NCBI GenBank assembly: GCA_045803545.1
Contig: JBJMOW010000004.1
Location: 96,001-160,000, forward strand
Reading direction: 5' to 3'
Length of the DNA stretch: 64,000 nucleotides
Source of the DNA: Gemmatimonadaceae bacterium
Lineage (GTDB): Bacteria; Gemmatimonadota; Gemmatimonadetes; Gemmatimonadales; Gemmatimonadaceae
The notes under the pieces were generated by a model. It ran no database searches. It worked only from the letters and a program-made list of their open reading frames with translations, and was not told the DNA's origin. A program made the position numbers and the translations under genes. Position 1 is the first letter of the stretch, and every line of letters begins with the position of its first letter. Shown here piece by piece: positions 8,655 to 19,102 of this stretch.

Positions 8655-9743
8655 TCATGGCGTAAAGGCGCGCCACCCCAGCTTCCGGATGGCATCACCA
8701 TGTTCGTCCAGACGAGGCGGTGGCATTCGCACGTCTCCCGGCACGCTTGGTGGCACGCCCGTGAGAGCGTTCGATTTCGTACCAGTCAGCGCTTCTTGAA
8801 CGCTGCGCACCAATCCGCACGGGACGTTCGCAGAGGAGAGCCGATCGATCCAATGCCGCGCATTCTTCTCCCGCGTGCGCGCCTCGATCGCTCTCACCAA
8901 CCGCTCGCGGTTTGCGACGCGACCAGCGTTAGTCGATACCGCTGTGTCGGCGGCGATATCGGTCAACCCGAGCGCCTTTGCGCACTGCTGCCATTGCCCG
9001 TCGCTGCCAACGGCGATCACGAACGGACGATCCGCCGCTTCAAATAATTGGTAAGGAACCAGGTTGGGATGAGCATTGCCCCACCGCTTCGCATCCTCGC
9101 CCGACACAAGCACGTTCTGCGCGACATTCACCAGAGCGGCGACTGAGCTCGCCTCAAGAGAGATCACGATCTTCCTGCGCCAGTCTGCGAGTGTGCCCGC
9201 TGTCCGCTCGGCGATTGCAGCGATTATCGCGATGGCTGCGTCTTTCCCGGCAATCACATCCGCGAGAGCAACTCCGACTTTCATCGGCGGTCCGCCGGCC
9301 TCACCCGTAATCGACATCCAACCACTTTCCGCCTGGATCACGAAATCGTAGCCGGGCCGAGAGCTATCTTCGCCGAAGCCGGAGATTGTGCACCAGACGA
9401 GCGACGGGTTTCTCCGTAGCTGCTCATAGGAGTCGATGCCGAGCTTACGAAGTGCACCAGGCAGAAAATTCTCCACTACGACGTCGGCCTCCGCGATCAG
9501 GCCGAGCACCAGATCGCGATCCGACCGGGCCGACAAATCAGCAACGACACTTTTCTTGTTCCGATTTACGGAAAGGAAATAGGCGCTCTCGCCCGTTTGA
9601 TCGAAGGGCGGTCCCCAGCCGCGGGTCTCATCGCCGGATCCGGGACGCTCGACCTTGATGACATCTGCGCCCAAATCAGCGAGAATCATTGAGCAAAAAG
9701 GGCCTGCAAGGACTCGGCTCAAATCAACGACGCGAAGCTTCAA
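8655..9743 (-). CDS. CaiB/BaiF family III CoA transferase
   Basis: VVDLSRVLAGPF..LADLGADVIKVERPG.GD..R; NRNKKS; VENFLPG. Confidence 0.95.
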   Translation of the reverse strand: MKLRVVDLSRVLAGPFCSMILADLGADVIKVERPGSGDETRGWGPPFDQTGESAYFLSVNRNKKSVVADLSARSDRDLVLGLIAEADVVVENFLPGALRKLGIDSYEQLRRNPSLVWCTISGFGEDSSRPGYDFVIQAESGWMSITGEAGGPPMKVGVALADVIAGKDAAIAIIAAIAERTAGTLADWRRKIVISLEASSVAALVNVAQNVLVSGEDAKRWGNAHPNLVPYQLFEAADRPFVIAVGSDGQWQQCAKALGLTDIAADTAVSTNAGRVANRERLVRAIEARTREKNARHWIDRLSSANVPCGLVRSVQEALTGTKSNALTGVPPSVPGDVRMPPPRLDEHGDAIRKLGWRAFTP

Positions 9744-9970
9744 TATTGCCTCAAGTTTCGGTATACTGGCGTCAATCTGTCGTTATTGAGTTCTTACTAG
9801 GTGGGATCTTGGCCGAAATCGGTGCAGCGAAAGCACTGCAACAGCCTACCTTGTTTTAGTGACGAAAAATCATATACTTAGCGCCGTTCAGCCCGGACGG
9901 GCATCGAACAAAACATCTGTGATTAGAGGCCGTCATCAGCACCACCCTTTCGCTGGACGGAGCCCATATA

Positions 9971-10675
9971 ATGATTGATAAGGACAAGACAGCTGTGGCC
10001 ACCACCGCTATCCCCGCTACCACCCCACCTGCCGCCCCTGCGGGCGCCGCATCGCCTACGGTCCCACCGCCGCCAAAGCGGAGTCCCGGCCACCGCGGAG
10101 CTGATGTAAAAGATACCGTCGCCGAGATGGCCGCGAAGGCGCAGGAAATCAGCATGGAGGCGGGCAGCAAGATGGCCGCAGCCATGAAGGACGTCATCGG
10201 AGCCGCTGCCGGACTCACTGGCTTCGTCATCGAGAGCGCGCGCGACCTTCTCCAGTACATGGTCCGTCGCGGGCAAATGACTCAGGAAGAAGCGGACAAG
10301 CTGATGCGCGAGGTCGAGGCGTCGCACGCCAAACGGAAGCCAACCACTCCGCCCGCCACCGCCAGTGTTCTGAGGCCGCCGCCGCGGGTTGAGCCCGTGC
10401 ACGCGCACGCTCAGGCCGCGCACGTTCACACTTCTCAAGCCCACACTTCGCACGCTCACACTCCTCAAGCGCACACTTCTCAAGCGCACACTTCGCACGC
10501 TCACACTTCGCATGCCGCTGCTCCGGTGCATCATGCAGCGCCAGCGAAGCATGCTGCGCCCGCCAAGCATGCACCGGCGAGAGGGGCTGTGAAAAAGCCG
10601 GCAGCAAAAGCCGCTGCGAAGAAGCACCCCGCGAAGGCTAAGCCGAAAGCCGCAGCCAAGGCGAAAAGAAGGTAG
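9971..10675 (+). CDS. phasin/PhaF-like protein with His-rich repeats and a histone H1-like tail
   Basis: Helical core ..MVRRGQMTQEEADKLMREV; AHTS(Q/H) repeats; K/A/P-rich C-terminus. Confidence 0.65.
   Translation: MIDKDKTAVATTAIPATTPPAAPAGAASPTVPPPPKRSPGHRGADVKDTVAEMAAKAQEISMEAGSKMAAAMKDVIGAAAGLTGFVIESARDLLQYMVRRGQMTQEEADKLMREVEASHAKRKPTTPPATASVLRPPPRVEPVHAHAQAAHVHTSQAHTSHAHTPQAHTSQAHTSHAHTSHAAAPVHHAAPAKHAAPAKHAPARGAVKKPAAKAAAKKHPAKAKPKAAAKAKRR
10424..10513 (+). repeat. six tandem 15-bp coding repeats
   Basis: Units encode VHTSQ AHTSH AHTPQ AHTSQ AHTSH AHTSH. Confidence 0.9.
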
Positions 10676-10677
10676 GC

Positions 10678-11844
10678 GTGATGGTACCGCGTGGCGATGC
10701 AGTCGCGCTCGCCCGCGCCCTGATCAAAATCGATTCGAGAAATCCAACTCTCGTTCCTGATGCGCCGGGCGAGCGCGCTTGCGCGCTCATGCTCGCGTCG
10801 GTGCTCGACGAATGGGGCTTTGAAGTCGAGCTACAGGAAAAAGTGCCGGACCGTCCCAACGTCATCGCACGGATGGGCGCACGCGACGCGCCGGCGCTGA
10901 TGCTCAACGGTCACCTTGATGTGGTCGGCATCGAAGGCATGGTCCACGCTCCATTCACCGCCGACGTGCGCGACAATCGCATTTATGGTCGCGGGTCCGC
11001 CGATATGAAGGCTGGAATCGCGGCGATGTGTGCTGCCGCGCTCCGCGCAGCCGACTCCGCGTGTTCCCGCCAGATTGTAATCGCCGCTGTCGCGGATGAG
11101 GAATACGAGAGCCTGGGCATGCGCGCGTTGATCGACAGTGGGGTGCGCGCCGAAGCCGCGATCATTACCGAGCCGACGCGTCTTGCGATTTGTCCCGCGC
11201 ATCGCGGCTTCGTCTGGATCGATGTGGCGTTCCGTGGTCGCGCGGCGCACGGCAGCCGCTACGACATCGGGGTTGATGCCATCACCCACGCCGGGCTCGT
11301 GCTCGCAGAGCTCGAAAAACTCGAGCACACGAGAGAGCATGGCAGGCGTCATTCGTTACTGGGTCGGGGCTCGTTGCACGCGTCGATGATTCGCGGCGGT
11401 GTGGGTATGTCGACCTATCCCGAGGAGTGCGTGCTCTCGATCGAGCGACGTACACTGCCCGGCGAGACAGCCGACACCGCGATGAAAGAAATCGAGGAAG
11501 CGTGTGCAGCCGTGCGGGCCCGCGACTCACGTCTCGATGCGCGTATCACCCACACCACTTCGCAATTGCCAAGCGATGTCTCAACCGATGCGCGGATCGT
11601 CGGTTTGCTGAGGGGAGCGATGGAAAGCGAAGGAGTGCCGGTCAGCATCGAAGGAATGTCGGCGTGGACCGACGCCGCACTCCTCAACGCAGCTGGAATC
11701 CCCACGATCTGTTTCGGCCCCGGCGACATCGGTCTCGCTCACGCCGCCGAAGAATTCGTTCCGGTTTCCGAGATCGAGACGGCGACACGAGTATTGGCTC
11801 GCGTGGTGCGCGACTGGTGCGACTCGCTAACTTCTGTCGAGTAG
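10678..11844 (+). CDS. ArgE/DapE family M20 deacylase
   Basis: LNGHLDVV, YGRGSADMKAG, ADEEY, GRAAHGS, AHAAEE. Confidence 0.93.
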   Translation: MMVPRGDAVALARALIKIDSRNPTLVPDAPGERACALMLASVLDEWGFEVELQEKVPDRPNVIARMGARDAPALMLNGHLDVVGIEGMVHAPFTADVRDNRIYGRGSADMKAGIAAMCAAALRAADSACSRQIVIAAVADEEYESLGMRALIDSGVRAEAAIITEPTRLAICPAHRGFVWIDVAFRGRAAHGSRYDIGVDAITHAGLVLAELEKLEHTREHGRRHSLLGRGSLHASMIRGGVGMSTYPEECVLSIERRTLPGETADTAMKEIEEACAAVRARDSRLDARITHTTSQLPSDVSTDARIVGLLRGAMESEGVPVSIEGMSAWTDAALLNAAGIPTICFGPGDIGLAHAAEEFVPVSEIETATRVLARVVRDWCDSLTSVE

Positions 11845-11871
11845 CGGGCGAAACCGAGAACCCGAAGCAGC

Positions 11872-12090
11872 ATGGCGCAGTGGACTCATAAGCAGTACGA
11901 CGCGCTCGAGCGCGCGATCTCGAGTGGCAAGCGGATCGCGGCGTATCGACGCGGAACGGAGTACGTCGTCGTTCCGACGCGTTTGCGCATGATCAGCGGC
12001 CGCGAAGCCGTCGAAGCGACTCATCCCACCACCGGCGACGAAATCACGCTCTACTTGGACGAGATGGACAGCTTCGAGGTCGTGCGTTGA
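11872..12090 (+). CDS. small hypothetical protein
   Basis: 72-aa ORF in operon context, overlapping the rnhA start. Confidence 0.7.
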   Translation: MAQWTHKQYDALERAISSGKRIAAYRRGTEYVVVPTRLRMISGREAVEATHPTTGDEITLYLDEMDSFEVVR

Positions 12091-12716
12091 CCCGCACCGA
12101 AGCGAGAGCCGGGGATCTCGTTGCCATCTACGCCGATGAATCCTGCCTCGGCAACGGACGGGATGGCGAGAATCCCGGCGGAGCAGCAGGTGTCGTTGAG
12201 TGGCTCCATCCAAGGTCCCAGAAAGTCACACGCTACGACTACTGGATCTCCGAACCGGCGACAACCAACAATCGAATGGCTCTCCGCTCCGTCATTGAAG
12301 CATTTCGCGAGATCTCGCGACGAGGGAACGCCTATCGCGTCTTGTTCACCAGCGATTCGAAGTACATCGTCGATGGAATGGAGAAGTGGCTGCCGAGCTG
12401 GATTGCGCGCGGGTGGAAACGAAAGACCGGCAGCGTGGAGAATCTCTCACTGTGGAAAGAGGCAACCGCGGCGATCGACGCGCACGAAGTTCAGTGGCGT
12501 TGGGTACGCGGCCATGCCGGACATCCGCAGAATGAGTATGCGAACTTCCTTGCCACGCGCGCGGCGGCGGAACAATCCACCTCCGGCGGGTTACGTCAAT
12601 CCGGCTACGATGGGTGGTTGACGGAAAACGACGGTGGAAAACTGAAAATGAAAGATCCGTCTCCGTTCCCCGACCTTCAGTCGTTCAGGCCGACCAGGCG
12701 CGTATGGACGATCTAG
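12087..12716 (+). CDS. rnhA: ribonuclease HI
   Basis: IYADESCLGN, TTNNRM, FTSDSKYIVDG, WVRGHAGHPQNE; note NNRMAL where E. coli has NNRMEL. Confidence 0.88.
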   Translation: MTRTEARAGDLVAIYADESCLGNGRDGENPGGAAGVVEWLHPRSQKVTRYDYWISEPATTNNRMALRSVIEAFREISRRGNAYRVLFTSDSKYIVDGMEKWLPSWIARGWKRKTGSVENLSLWKEATAAIDAHEVQWRWVRGHAGHPQNEYANFLATRAAAEQSTSGGLRQSGYDGWLTENDGGKLKMKDPSPFPDLQSFRPTRRVWTI

Positions 12717-13300
12717 ACCGACTTTTTCAGCGTCTCGTTCACAACATCAGAAACGGCCACGCCGAATATCTCAGCGTTCCGTTTACGGTGCAGGAGCTGT
12801 ACGACACACTTGTGCCGTACCGGCATTATCGTCGCGACCTTGGCATCGAGACCAATCAGGACTACGAAGCGGCGGTGACGCGTTTGCTCGCCGGCGAGAA
12901 GGGCTATGTCCGCGCGGACAAATCGATGCAGGATCGGCTCAAGCAGGAGCTCGAATCTCCCCACGCTGATGTCGGTGCGTTCCGGGATTTCGCCGAAGCA
13001 CGCATCTCGCTGGCGCCCGAGGCAGTACAGAACCTGGGGGTATCCGTACCGACGCAGAACTCCGGCGGATACGCTGGCCAGGGAAACGGTAACGGTTCCG
13101 CGACGTCGTTCGGGCTGAGCGCCGTCGATCTCGCGGAAGGCTGCAAGTTCTGCGGCGGGACTCTGCCTGAGGGGCGCGCCGTCACCTATTGCCCGCATTG
13201 CGGACAGAATCTCGCCGCCAAGCATTGCGCAGGCTGCGGCGGCGAGCTCGATCCGCTTTGGAAGTTCTGCATCAACTGCGGCAAGAAAGCAAACTTCTAG
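12704..13300 (+). CDS. double zinc-ribbon domain protein
   Basis: Four CxxC pairs at the C-terminus (CKFC, CPHC, CAGC, CINC). Confidence 0.8.
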   Translation: MDDLDRLFQRLVHNIRNGHAEYLSVPFTVQELYDTLVPYRHYRRDLGIETNQDYEAAVTRLLAGEKGYVRADKSMQDRLKQELESPHADVGAFRDFAEARISLAPEAVQNLGVSVPTQNSGGYAGQGNGNGSATSFGLSAVDLAEGCKFCGGTLPEGRAVTYCPHCGQNLAAKHCAGCGGELDPLWKFCINCGKKANF

Positions 13301-13304
13301 CGCT

Positions 13305-14522
13305 ATGACACGAAATGGACCGGGAAGCAATGGTGACGGTGTGGTGTTTCTCTCCGCCGTCCGCACTCCGTTCGGTACTTTCGGCGGCAAGCTCAAGGAT
13401 TTCTCTCCGGTAGATCTCGCCGTTATCGCATCCAAGAATGCGATAGAGCGGGCTGGCGTGGATGCCGCGGACATCGATCAAAGCATCTTCGGTAACGTCC
13501 TCTACACCACGCGCGATTCGATTTACTTCGCGCGGCATGTCGGGCTCAAATCAGGACTTCGGCAGGAGAGCTCCGCGCTTACGGTCAATCGACTATGCGG
13601 GTCGGGTTTTCAGTCGGTAGTGAGCGGCGCGCAGGAAATTCTGTTCGGCGACGCGCAGATCTGTCTCGTCGGCGGCGCGGAGTCGATGTCTCAGGCCCCG
13701 CACGTAACCCGGGGACTGCGTTGGGGGACTCCCCTCGGCAAGTCGCCCACCCTGGAAGACACGTTGTGGGAAGGGCTCACCGACTCTTTTGTCGGACTCG
13801 GAATGGCGGAGACCGCGGAGAACCTCGCCGATAAGTACAAGCTCGATCGCGGCTGCGTCGATGAGTTCGCGCTGCGGTCCCAACAGCTCGCGAAGAACGC
13901 ATGGGACGAAGGAATCTTTCGCGATGAGGTCGTGCCGGTGCCGATCACGGATCTGAAGACCGGGAAAGTCGGGCAGCTCGCGAGCGACGAGCACATGCGG
14001 CCGGATACCACCGCCGAAAAGCTGGCAGCGCTAAAGCCTGTCTTTCGCAAAGGCGGCGTCGTCACCGCGGGTAATGCATCTGGAATCGGCGATGGTGCGG
14101 CGGCGATGCTCATCGCCAGCGAGAAGTTTGCGCGCGATCGCAAACTCAAGCCGCTCGGCCGGCTTATTTCGTGGGGCATTGCCGGTGTTGATCCATCGAT
14201 TATGGGAATCGGCCCCGTGCCCGCGTCCAAAGCGGCGTTGGCGAAGGCAGGATTGAGCATGGATGACATGGATCTGATCGAAGTCAACGAAGCGTTTGCC
14301 GCGCAGACGTGCGCCGTCGAGCGAGAGCTTTCATTGCCCCGTGAGCGGCTCAATGTGCACGGCGGCGCGATTGCTTTGAGCCACCCGCTCGGCGCGTCCG
14401 GCGCCAGGATAACGGCCCATCTACTGCATGCATTGCGTGCGCAAGGCAAACGGTACGGGCTGGGCACCGCCTGCATCGGCGGCGGTCAGGGAATCGCCGT
14501 GGTCATCGAATCCATTCAATAG
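13305..14522 (+). CDS. acetyl-CoA C-acyltransferase (thiolase)
   Basis: NRLCGSG, NEAFA, GGAIALSHPLGASG, CIGGGQG. Confidence 0.96.
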   Translation: MTRNGPGSNGDGVVFLSAVRTPFGTFGGKLKDFSPVDLAVIASKNAIERAGVDAADIDQSIFGNVLYTTRDSIYFARHVGLKSGLRQESSALTVNRLCGSGFQSVVSGAQEILFGDAQICLVGGAESMSQAPHVTRGLRWGTPLGKSPTLEDTLWEGLTDSFVGLGMAETAENLADKYKLDRGCVDEFALRSQQLAKNAWDEGIFRDEVVPVPITDLKTGKVGQLASDEHMRPDTTAEKLAALKPVFRKGGVVTAGNASGIGDGAAAMLIASEKFARDRKLKPLGRLISWGIAGVDPSIMGIGPVPASKAALAKAGLSMDDMDLIEVNEAFAAQTCAVERELSLPRERLNVHGGAIALSHPLGASGARITAHLLHALRAQGKRYGLGTACIGGGQGIAVVIESIQ

Positions 14523-14553
14523 AACTGCACTGCGCGCAGAACTCGAGGAAAAA

Positions 14554-15666
14554 ATGAAGCGACTCATAAAATCATCCGCGATTACTGCGGCCGCATTGAC
14601 CGTCGCCGCTTGCGCAACGTCCACTGGGGGTGGCGGTGGTCCCTCAGGTGGCGGAGTGTCGCCGGATCAGACAACTACGCAACCCGGCATCGTCTGGGGC
14701 ATCAAGACCCGTGAGCACGTCGACCTCTGGTTGCACGGGTTTGCGCTGCTGCAGGAAGACACGACCTTCGTTCCGTTTTTCCGGCGCGGATACGGCACGG
14801 ACATGACAGTGCTGAAGAATCGCGCGAACGTAGTCACGCAGCTCGATGCCAATCGGGATCGACTCCGCCAGCGGTTGGCGACTAACCCGCAATTGATCAA
14901 CGCGCAGTTTGTGCCGCTTTCGTTCTCTTCGTGGAACGAGCTGACTCAGGTTGTGGATCTGTTCGTTCGCTCGAACGGAAACCCGCGCGCTGCGTCGTCA
15001 CAGGAGCAGGCCAGCGCGATCGCGTTTCTCGCGGCCTACTTTCCGACCGGCCCCGATCGCGACTGGCTGCGCCTGTTCGTGCAGTCGTTGAACGACGAGA
15101 GCACCCGGTTTTATCACTCTTATTGGCTGCAACAACAGGGTGAGCGCGCCAATGTGCTCGAGGTTGTCGATACGCTTTGGCAGCGGACGTACCGCCCGCG
15201 CTTCCAGCGCTTCCTCAGCAACACTCAGCAGGCAAACGGGACGATTCTGTTGTCGTTGCCGCTCGATGGTGAAGGCCGCTCGCTCACCAACGGCAAGCTC
15301 TCGAACACGATCACGGTCACGTTCCCCGACCGACCGAACGATGCGATGGACGCCATATACGTAATCGCGCACGAGGCGGTTGGTGCACTCGCCACCACGT
15401 CGGTGACCGACAACATCACACCGGAGCAGCGGCGTACCGGGCTGGGCGAGCGCTATCAGAGCAGCGCCGCAGTGCGCGCCGGGGCAATGCTGATCCAGCG
15501 CGCCGCGCCCGACGCGCTCGATGGCTACATGCGCTATTACCTGAAATCGGTCAATCGACCCGTGGGGTCAAACGTTGCCGCAACGTTTACGTCCACTTTC
15601 TCGATCCCCGACACTATCCGCGACGCACTCGGTCGACAACTGGATGTGGTCCTGGGAGGGATTTAA
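14554..15666 (+). CDS. hypothetical lipoprotein
   Basis: SD gagg; signal peptide with lipobox VAAC; Gly linker; degenerate HEAVG motif. Confidence 0.75.
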   Translation: MKRLIKSSAITAAALTVAACATSTGGGGGPSGGGVSPDQTTTQPGIVWGIKTREHVDLWLHGFALLQEDTTFVPFFRRGYGTDMTVLKNRANVVTQLDANRDRLRQRLATNPQLINAQFVPLSFSSWNELTQVVDLFVRSNGNPRAASSQEQASAIAFLAAYFPTGPDRDWLRLFVQSLNDESTRFYHSYWLQQQGERANVLEVVDTLWQRTYRPRFQRFLSNTQQANGTILLSLPLDGEGRSLTNGKLSNTITVTFPDRPNDAMDAIYVIAHEAVGALATTSVTDNITPEQRRTGLGERYQSSAAVRAGAMLIQRAAPDALDGYMRYYLKSVNRPVGSNVAATFTSTFSIPDTIRDALGRQLDVVLGGI

Positions 15667-15680
15667 GCAGATAATTCTGC

Positions 15681-16535
15681 ATGGCCGATACCCAGGCTCC
15701 GCTGCCAGCGCCGGTTGGCGGTAAGCAAACACTGCTCGATCGACAGGCGCTGGAGCGCGTGCTCGCGCGCGCGGCGGAGCTGCAAGGGACTGCGGCAATT
15801 CCTGAGTCCAGCGATCTAATTAGCGAAACCCAGCTCCTCGAGATCGGCAAAGAGGTCGGGCTGAGCGCGGCGACCCTCAATCAGGCGTTGGCTGAGGAGC
15901 GCACGCGAATCAACGTCCCCGAGGAACGTGGCCTTATCGCTCAGATTGCGGGGGCCGGATACGCGACCGCGACCAGGACTGTGGCGGGTAACGCCCGCGA
16001 CATTCTCACAACTATAGATACGTGGATGGTGCGGGACGAATGCCTGCAGGTTCAACGTCGATTCGCCGACCGCATTACGTGGGAACCGCAGCGTGGGCTG
16101 TTCGGTAAGCTCCGCCGCACCGTCAACGTCACCGGCAAAGGCTTTTACCTGATGGATGCGGCGCAGGTATCAGCCACAGTGCTACCCGTCGACTCGTCGC
16201 GGGTCGTCGTGCGCCTCGACGCCGACATCCACCCGAGTCGTTCGAGACGCGTCGGAGCCAGCGGATTTGTTGGCGCGCTTGGCCTGGCGGTGTCGGGCCT
16301 GGTTGGTCTCGGTCTGATAATCGCCAACCTGCCGTTGCTGGTCGCCGCCGGCGCGACCGTGATACCAATTGCCGGATCCGGCATCGGAGCATACCAGATC
16401 GCCAAGTCGCATCGAAACATTCTTTCAAGCGTGCAGCTTGCGCTCGAGCAGGTCCTCGATCGACTCGAACACGGCGAGTTCACTCGCGCCGGATTGCTCG
16501 GCGCGCTCTCATCGCGCGCGCGACTTCCGCGCTAG
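15681..16535 (+). CDS. hypothetical membrane protein
   Basis: Long ORF in operon with two C-terminal TM segments. Confidence 0.75.
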   Translation: MADTQAPLPAPVGGKQTLLDRQALERVLARAAELQGTAAIPESSDLISETQLLEIGKEVGLSAATLNQALAEERTRINVPEERGLIAQIAGAGYATATRTVAGNARDILTTIDTWMVRDECLQVQRRFADRITWEPQRGLFGKLRRTVNVTGKGFYLMDAAQVSATVLPVDSSRVVVRLDADIHPSRSRRVGASGFVGALGLAVSGLVGLGLIIANLPLLVAAGATVIPIAGSGIGAYQIAKSHRNILSSVQLALEQVLDRLEHGEFTRAGLLGALSSRARLPR

Positions 16536-16546
16536 TCTATCAACCG

Positions 16547-17434
16547 ATGAAACGAATCGAAAGAGTGGCGGTGTTCGGAGGCGGCCTGATGGGGAGCGGC
16601 ATTGCCCAGGTCGCAGCCGCTGCCGGATTTCCAACGGTGGTGCGCGAAGTCACACGAGAGCTATGCGACAAGTCCCGCCAGTCGATAGAGAAAACCCTGG
16701 CGAAGGGCATCGAGCGCGGCAAGGTCACCGAACAGGAACGCGAGAAGACGCTGGCAAACCTCAAGTTCGAGACGGAACTGCGCGACTTCGCAGATGCTGA
16801 TGTCTTCATCGAAGCTGTGGTCGAAGACCTCGACGTCAAGAACTCGCTCTGGACTCAACTCGACGCGATCGCCAAGCCCGACGCCATCTTCGCCTCCAAT
16901 ACGTCGAGTCTCACCATCGTCGCAATGGCAGCGGCCAGCGGCCGGGCGGACCGGATGCTCGGACTCCATTTCTTTAATCCGGTGCCGCTGATGAAGCTGG
17001 TCGAAGTCGTACGGACCATCACCACCAGTGATGAAACCGAACAAACTGCCACTGAATTCGTGCGCGCACTTGGCAAAGAGCCGATTCGCGCCAAGGATAG
17101 CTCGGGTTTCATCGTCAACCGACTGTTGATTCCCTACATGCTCGACGCGATACGCGCGCTCGAGTCAGGCGTCGGAACGGTCGAGGACATCGACAAAGGC
17201 ATGCAGCTGGGAGCCGGTTACCCGATGGGACCATTCGTGCTGCTCGACTTCGTCGGTCTCGACACGGCTTACAAAATCGCCGAGATCATGTTCACCGAGT
17301 ATCGCGAACCGCGATTTGCACCGCCGCCCCTGCTCAAGCGAATGGTCCTGGCGGGAATGTTCGGCAAGAAATCCGGAAAGGGATTTTACGATTATTCGTC
17401 CACGCCTCCGCGCGTGAGCCCGCTTGGACTGTGA
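16547..17434 (+). CDS. 3-hydroxybutyryl-CoA dehydrogenase
   Basis: GGGLMGSGIA, EAVVED, ASNTSS, GLHFFNP, GFIVNRLL, PMGPF. Confidence 0.95.
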   Translation: MKRIERVAVFGGGLMGSGIAQVAAAAGFPTVVREVTRELCDKSRQSIEKTLAKGIERGKVTEQEREKTLANLKFETELRDFADADVFIEAVVEDLDVKNSLWTQLDAIAKPDAIFASNTSSLTIVAMAAASGRADRMLGLHFFNPVPLMKLVEVVRTITTSDETEQTATEFVRALGKEPIRAKDSSGFIVNRLLIPYMLDAIRALESGVGTVEDIDKGMQLGAGYPMGPFVLLDFVGLDTAYKIAEIMFTEYREPRFAPPPLLKRMVLAGMFGKKSGKGFYDYSSTPPRVSPLGL

Positions 17435-19059
17435 GCGTCATCGGTTTCCGCGGCTACTATCGTGAGGACGAGCTAGCTCGCGCCGTCTATTCTGAAGCGG
17501 CGGGAATCGGCCGAGCGATTCCGGCAGCGGTCGCGGTGCCCGTCGATGCGGAAGACGTCGTAGTGCTGGTGAAGTGGGCGGCGCAAACGGGGACGACGCT
17601 GATCCCGCGTGGCAGTGGCAGCAGCATGGCGGGTGGTGCGATCGGCAACGGAGTCGTCGTCGATCTGTCACGCATCAATCATCTCGACAAAATCGACGAG
17701 CGCGATCGAACTGTCTGGTTGGAGCCGGGCGTGCTCTGGTCGACGCTTGATGTCGCTGCTCGCCGGAAAGGCGTGCACCTTCCGGTCGATCCGTCCAGCG
17801 GCACGTTCTGCACACTCGGCGGAATGGTGTCAACCAACGCCGCCGGCGCTCACAGCCTTCGCTACGGTGCGACGCGCGCATGGGTCAACGCGCTCGATTG
17901 CGTGTTCAGTGACGGAGATCGTGCCATTGTAACCCGGGGTGAGCCGCCACCGAAGCGTATAGCTGCGATTGCCCGCTTCATGCGGGACGTTCATGGCGAC
18001 ATCGTCTCCTCCGACAAACGCCGCCCAATCGCTCACGTCGGCGTGCGCAAAGACGCGTCGGGTTACGGAATCCACGATTACGCCACCAAAGCGGATCTGG
18101 TCGATCTACTCGTTGGAAGTGAAGGAACGCTGGCGATCATCCTCGGCGTACAGCTCAACCTGGCACCGGTGCCGGCCGCAACGAGCAGCGTCCTCGGTGC
18201 GTTCCCATCGCTCGAGGCGGCAACCGCCGCCGCGACGAAGGCTGTCGAAACTGGCGCCAGCGCGTGCGAGATGCTCGACAAGACCTTCTTGTCTTATGCC
18301 GCAACGGGTAAGGACCCCGACCACAAACTGCGTAAGCTCCTTGAAAGTTCGACGGCGATCCTGCTCGCCGAAGTCGAGGGCGCGAACGCGGATGCCGCAG
18401 CGTCGGGCGCGCAACAATTGGCGATTGCATTTCGCGATGCAGGCGCAACCGAAGTGGAAGTTGCACTGACCACCGACGCCGAGCGTGACCTCTGGCACCT
18501 TCGGCACGCGGCGAGCCCGATTCTCTCCGATCTCACCCACGTCACTTCGATGCAGTTCATCGAAGACGGCGCCGTGCCGTTACCCAAGCTTCCCGATTAC
18601 GTGAAGGGAGTGAAGAACGCTCTGGCGCAACGAGAGCTGAGCGGAGTGATCTTCGGTCATGCCGGCGACGCGCACGTTCACGTGAACCCACTGGTCGATG
18701 TGCGTCAGGCGGACTGGAGAGATCGCATCACCCGTTTGCTTGAAGACGTCGTCGGGCTCACCCGTCTCCTCGGTGGAACGCTGACCGGCGAGCACGGCGA
18801 CGGCCGCATTCGCACTCCGCTTCTGTCGCGGGTCTGGCACAAGGACGCGATCAAGGCTTTCAGTCAGGTGAAGGCCGCGTTCGATCCGCAAAACATTTTC
18901 AACCCTGGCGTCAAAGTGCCGCTGGCCGGGCAAAAGTCGCTCGGCGATATCAAGTACGACCCGTCGTTGCCGCCTCTTCCGGAAAAAGCGAGGGCGGCGC
19001 TTGACGATGTCGTGAGGTCACGAGCTTATGATCGCTTTCGACTTTCTCTGATCGGCTGA
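17431..19059 (+). CDS. FAD-binding oxidoreductase (GlcD/D-lactate dehydrogenase-like)
   Basis: PRGSGSSMAGG, PVDPSS, GSEGTL, GHAGDAHVH, TGEHGDG. Confidence 0.9.
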   Translation: MSVIGFRGYYREDELARAVYSEAAGIGRAIPAAVAVPVDAEDVVVLVKWAAQTGTTLIPRGSGSSMAGGAIGNGVVVDLSRINHLDKIDERDRTVWLEPGVLWSTLDVAARRKGVHLPVDPSSGTFCTLGGMVSTNAAGAHSLRYGATRAWVNALDCVFSDGDRAIVTRGEPPPKRIAAIARFMRDVHGDIVSSDKRRPIAHVGVRKDASGYGIHDYATKADLVDLLVGSEGTLAIILGVQLNLAPVPAATSSVLGAFPSLEAATAAATKAVETGASACEMLDKTFLSYAATGKDPDHKLRKLLESSTAILLAEVEGANADAAASGAQQLAIAFRDAGATEVEVALTTDAERDLWHLRHAASPILSDLTHVTSMQFIEDGAVPLPKLPDYVKGVKNALAQRELSGVIFGHAGDAHVHVNPLVDVRQADWRDRITRLLEDVVGLTRLLGGTLTGEHGDGRIRTPLLSRVWHKDAIKAFSQVKAAFDPQNIFNPGVKVPLAGQKSLGDIKYDPSLPPLPEKARAALDDVVRSRAYDRFRLSLIG

Positions 19060-19102
19060 TCTTCTTAGCTTTCCGCGACCGATCATCGAGACTGAGGCCG
19101 CT

